NCBI GenBank assembly: GCA_012295275.1
Contig: CM022665.1
Coordinates: 45,694,001 to 45,758,000, forward strand
DNA length: 64,000 nucleotides
Direction: 5' to 3'
DNA from: Chrysomallon squamiferum
Taxonomy: Eukaryota; Animalia; Mollusca
Shown one piece after another: positions 59,889-64,000 of the stretch. Position 1 is the stretch's first letter; every line of letters starts with the position of its first letter. Made by a program: the position numbers and the translations under genes. The notes below the pieces were generated by a model that made no database searches, was not told the origin of the DNA, and saw only the letters and a program-made list of their open reading frames with translations.

Positions 59889-60419
59889 GATTAACATCGT
59901 ATTGTTGTTGTTCTTCTTCTTTTGTGATTCCATTATTTTATTTTTTTTGTTCTTGTTTTTGCTGTCATTGTTGTTGTTGTTGTAGCAGTGACAGTACTAG
60001 AGTACTAATAGTAGTAGTAGAAGTAGTAGTACTGTGTTGTTGTTGGCGTTGTGGTGTCACAGTAAATAAATAAAGAAATAAAGAAGGAAACAAAGAAAGA
60101 AAGAAAAGAAACAAATGATGATGAGGATAATAATAATAATAATAATCATAATCATAATCATAATAATAATGACGATGATGATGATCATCATCATAATAAC
60201 AATAATAATAACAACAACAACAACAACAACAATAATAATAATAATAAAATCACAGGACTCAAAAAAACAGCCATACATTTCGTTAATGCAGTGACTTTAA
60301 TATTGCACTATCGTTACAAAACACGATTACCCGATGCATCGTTTGAACCCTAAACCCATCACTCGGCAGAATTCCCACGGATCATCTGAGTCAAAATATT
60401 AAGAGAAAATAAAATTGCT

Positions 60420-60850
60420 ACTGGTCACATGACGTCACAACGAACACGTGACGCGGCAGGGGGGGGTCGTGTTTGATGTTGGCTACAATTAATTTTCTCA
60501 AAGTGTTACGTTCTCTTCTGCAGTGGTCCCTGGCTGCTGCGTTAATTCGCTGGGCATTTCGTCACAGCCTCCTATTACACGTCACAGCCTCCTATTACAC
60601 GTCACAGCCCTCTATTACACGTTCTCCCGCACCCCCCGTGTTAATTGCGAATGTACCAGAACGAATTGAAACCAATTAACGCAGTCTCGCCATTTCTCGA
60701 TCAAGTATACATCCGGGGCATCTCGTTCTGGCCTGACACGAGTTGCAGTTCTCGAACCCAAGGGAGCGCGTGTCACGGCTTCCTGTCGCGGGACAGCCAA
60801 TCGGAACGCAGCTCTCGTTCTCCCCCGAGATCGCCAGCCAATGGGGGTTG
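60420..60850. promoter_or_regulatory. CpG-richer putative promoter/enhancer with CRE, E-box/M-box and CCAAT motifs
   Basis: GTCACATGAC 60424-60433, TGACGTCA 60430-60437, CACGTGAC 60445-60452, AGCCAAT at about 60795 and 60836. Confidence 0.45.
60561..60620. repeat. Three tandem 20-bp units GTCACAGCCTCCTATTACAC
   Basis: Directly visible. Unit junctions create ACACGTCAC. Confidence 0.85.
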
Positions 60851-62948
60851 CCCGATTCGAAGCGGCATTCTGGGAATGTCTGGTTAATTAATTTACATAC
60901 CTTTCACCTTTATCACCTTTATCAGAGTTTTATGTCTTAAGTTAGACATTTTTTTTTTACTACTTCTGTCCCAATGGGGATTAATTTATTATAGGAATTT
61001 CTTTTTGTAGCTTCATGAAATTATTTTTCTGTCAGTATTATGCCTATCAGTTTATCTGTTAAATTGTGTCTGTCTATTAATGTAACTTATCTTCTTTCTT
61101 TTTGTAACTGTGTTTTGCTTAAATTGTTGTAAACAAACTGTCTCTAGTGGTAGAATCACTACTACAGCTACCACGGCCACTACCATTTTTTTCAACGACA
61201 GCTTCATTTTTATCATTTTGCTGCTTCTATAACTACTACAACTGCTACTGTTGTCATTACTATTTCTACTACTACTATAAAGTTATTACTGTTAGTACTG
61301 ATAATATTTAAACTATTAATTTCTCTTATACATCCTTTTCATTTATATTTACTTCTTGTTGTTATCATTGTTGTTTTGGGGTGGGGGTTTTTGTTGGTTA
61401 TTTGTTTTGTTTTTTTGTTTCTTTATTGTTTGTTTTGTTGTTGTTGTTGTTGTTTTTGTTTTATGTTTGGGTTCTTTTTGGAAGATATTGGCGAGTGTTT
61501 GTATCGCTTTTGCTGTTAGTTGTATTGTTTTGTTTCATTTTTTATTATTATTATTATTTAAAAAAAAAAAAATATTTAAGATCACGTTCCTGTTTTAACT
61601 GATATGCTACTGTTTGTTTTTGTTTTTTGGGGGGATTTTTGTATTTTTTTTTTTTTCATACAGTATTAGATCTTTAGAAAGGGTGGGGGAAAAAATGGAG
61701 TAGATCGTCTGTACATTTCAATCATCTAATTTATTTTAGTACCAGCGAAAAATATTATTACTTTCATCAGTTTAGCATAAGGATTCATTTTATTTTATTT
61801 TATTTTATTTTATTTTATTTATTTTCTTTGAAAGTTAATGTTCAGCTCGAATGAAAAAAGGTAGCATTGTATTCAAACAATATATTTATATATGTATATA
61901 TATCCCTAATAGCTGGAATATGACTTTTCGTTTTCACTCAGGCGTGAGTGTGAACTCGTAACGTAAATGAAATTAAAAAAAATGTGTGTTGTTTAAGCAA
62001 ACAGTGTAAGAGTTTTATATGTTAAAAAGCAGCAACCTCGCCGCGCGATTATATAAAAAAAGGGCACATTCTGCACACAGACACACACACAGACACACAG
62101 ACACAGACACACACAGACACACACACACACACAGACACAGACACACACACAGACACAGACACACACACACACATACACACACACAGAGACAGACACACAG
62201 ACAGACACACACAAACACACACACAGACACACACACACAGACAGACACACAACATGAACAAACAGAGTGATTATTTTCCATTCTCTCTGTAACGACTCCC
62301 GACAGATTTACTGCCTCATAATGGAGGACACAAAAGCGAGGCTAAGAAGAACTGCGTGTCTGAAACTCGCTATAAAAGGGCAGACAATTGCATTCTCAGA
62401 TGGGCCCTGTCGTCCTGTGGGGAAAGCTGGCAAAACCATCTTTGCTCTGATCGTAGACTTCAGTTTCCAACTAGTAGACAAAAAGATGTAATATTAGCAC
62501 GACCTAGCCATTGTACAAGACTTTGCAAAACTCTAGGCACGCCTAACTAGCATTCTTATGTCCCTTTTATATGTATTACAACTCTTCAAAAGCCCGTGTT
62601 TTCACCGAAGAACAGTTATATGACCATAACCCGATCTGCTGCAGTGTTTCGCGTTTCGTCCTTCAATTTTCTCTGTGAAATAAAAGCGCCGTAAAAAGGT
62701 TTTTACTCGTTAGACCTCGGACCTCTGTTATTGCCTCCATATAGTCTAACAGTTCTTTGTTTAATCACCGTAGAGACTTCAGCTTTACTTTGATCTTTCT
62801 GGCAATTAATTTTTTTCTAACTCTGAAATGCAATACATTGTTAAAATTCTAACATGTGTGTGTGGCGTGCACAGTTGCAACTGAGAAGAGTTTAATTAGT
62901 CCAGTTCGAAAAGAGAGGAAAATATTTTTACTTTGATATTCTCGATAC

Positions 62949-63002
<54 letters not shown>

Positions 63003-63857
63003 TTAATTTGTGTAGTGTGACGTCATGTGATTAAGGATCACGCATATAATGAGAGAATAAGCCTGCTTGTGAAATGCGACTGCGATCTGTTTCCTTGGTA
63101 ACCAGTATCAGATATTTTTATAGATAGGAAAGACAACCCTCAACTTTTGATAAACCAGAATCAGATTATTAGCGAGGACGAAAAAGTCCAACGAGCATAA
63201 AATTAAATATCCACTTGTAAATGATTTCCGCCATCAAACCTTAGCAACAAAACAGTTATGACGTAAAGAGGGTACTAGGCTTTGAATAAAATAAAATAAA
63301 AAAATGACGTCATGATATTATTATTCATCAGGAAGACAGAAAATGCCATAACTACCGACAATAAACAATTCTATGACGTAATGACCGCTCGCAAGAAAGA
63401 AACGACGCGGAGTGACGTCACTATCGACATTCCGAGTACTAACCGAGGAATGTTATTAATGACGTTACCGTCACCTTGGTATTATTACCATTGCCATGGT
63501 TAATTTAATTATTGCGCGCTATTCGAAAATTTCAACGTGGTAAATATAATCAGTTCTCGGGAATGCAGAACGCCGCACGCTCTGAGCTCGTTGATTGTTT
63601 TAGTTTTCGACGCGAGCGGCTCCGATGAAGCGGAATTTGTGGAATAACCAGTCCGCGGTCTACGCAAACACACGTCGCAGTTTTGTTTGTTTTTCTAGAC
63701 CGCGACGTGAAATTAACCAGCGCAATAAACACGTCACGAAAGTCAATGTTGAGTGTGTTAAGTACACAAATAATAACGGAGCAGTTTTTTAAAAAAAAAA
63801 CTCATTTTTTTTTCTCGTCTATTCTTTTTTATTGCTTTGTAATATTAATAATAATAA

Positions 63858-63888
<31 letters not shown>

Positions 63889-64000
63889 AAGAAGAAGAAA
63901 GAAGAAGAAGAAGACACATAAAAATAAAACGGTTTAATATTTCGCACATATACTCACACAAACATATACAAATAAATACCAACATATTTATAAATACATA

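Noticed and set aside
60561-60620. CRISPR-like appearance of short direct repeats (also 48.6-49.8 kb)
   Set aside because: No unique spacers, no cas genes, and a eukaryotic context; these are simple tandem repeats.

Overview
AT-rich, microsatellite-dense eukaryotic (invertebrate, probably molluscan) genomic DNA. Almost all of the supplied ORFs are translations of simple repeats. The real content of 1-34.3 kb is a head-to-tail tandem array of 8 minus-strand, 4-exon genes (units of about 4-5.6 kb; copy A runs off the left edge). I reconstructed them from GT/AG splice sites. Each encodes a small secreted protein of about 114-119 aa: a signal peptide, a 6-Cys module (C-x4-C-x5-C-x6-C-x4-C-x5-C) and a C-terminal WAP four-disulfide-core domain. 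The WAP exon is much more divergent than its flanking intron and UTR. The copies are mosaics of exon variants. One copy is frameshifted, and the most distal copy has lost the C2-C7 disulfide pair. At 37.9-41.0 kb (minus) lies an intronless low-complexity gene with a Lys-rich segment and an Asp/Ser/Glu-rich tail, split by one frameshift (about 1011 aa if joined). The region from 41 to 64 kb appears non-coding. It holds a hAT-like MITE, a foldback repeat, minisatellites and a cluster of CRE/E-box/CCAAT motifs near the right end.
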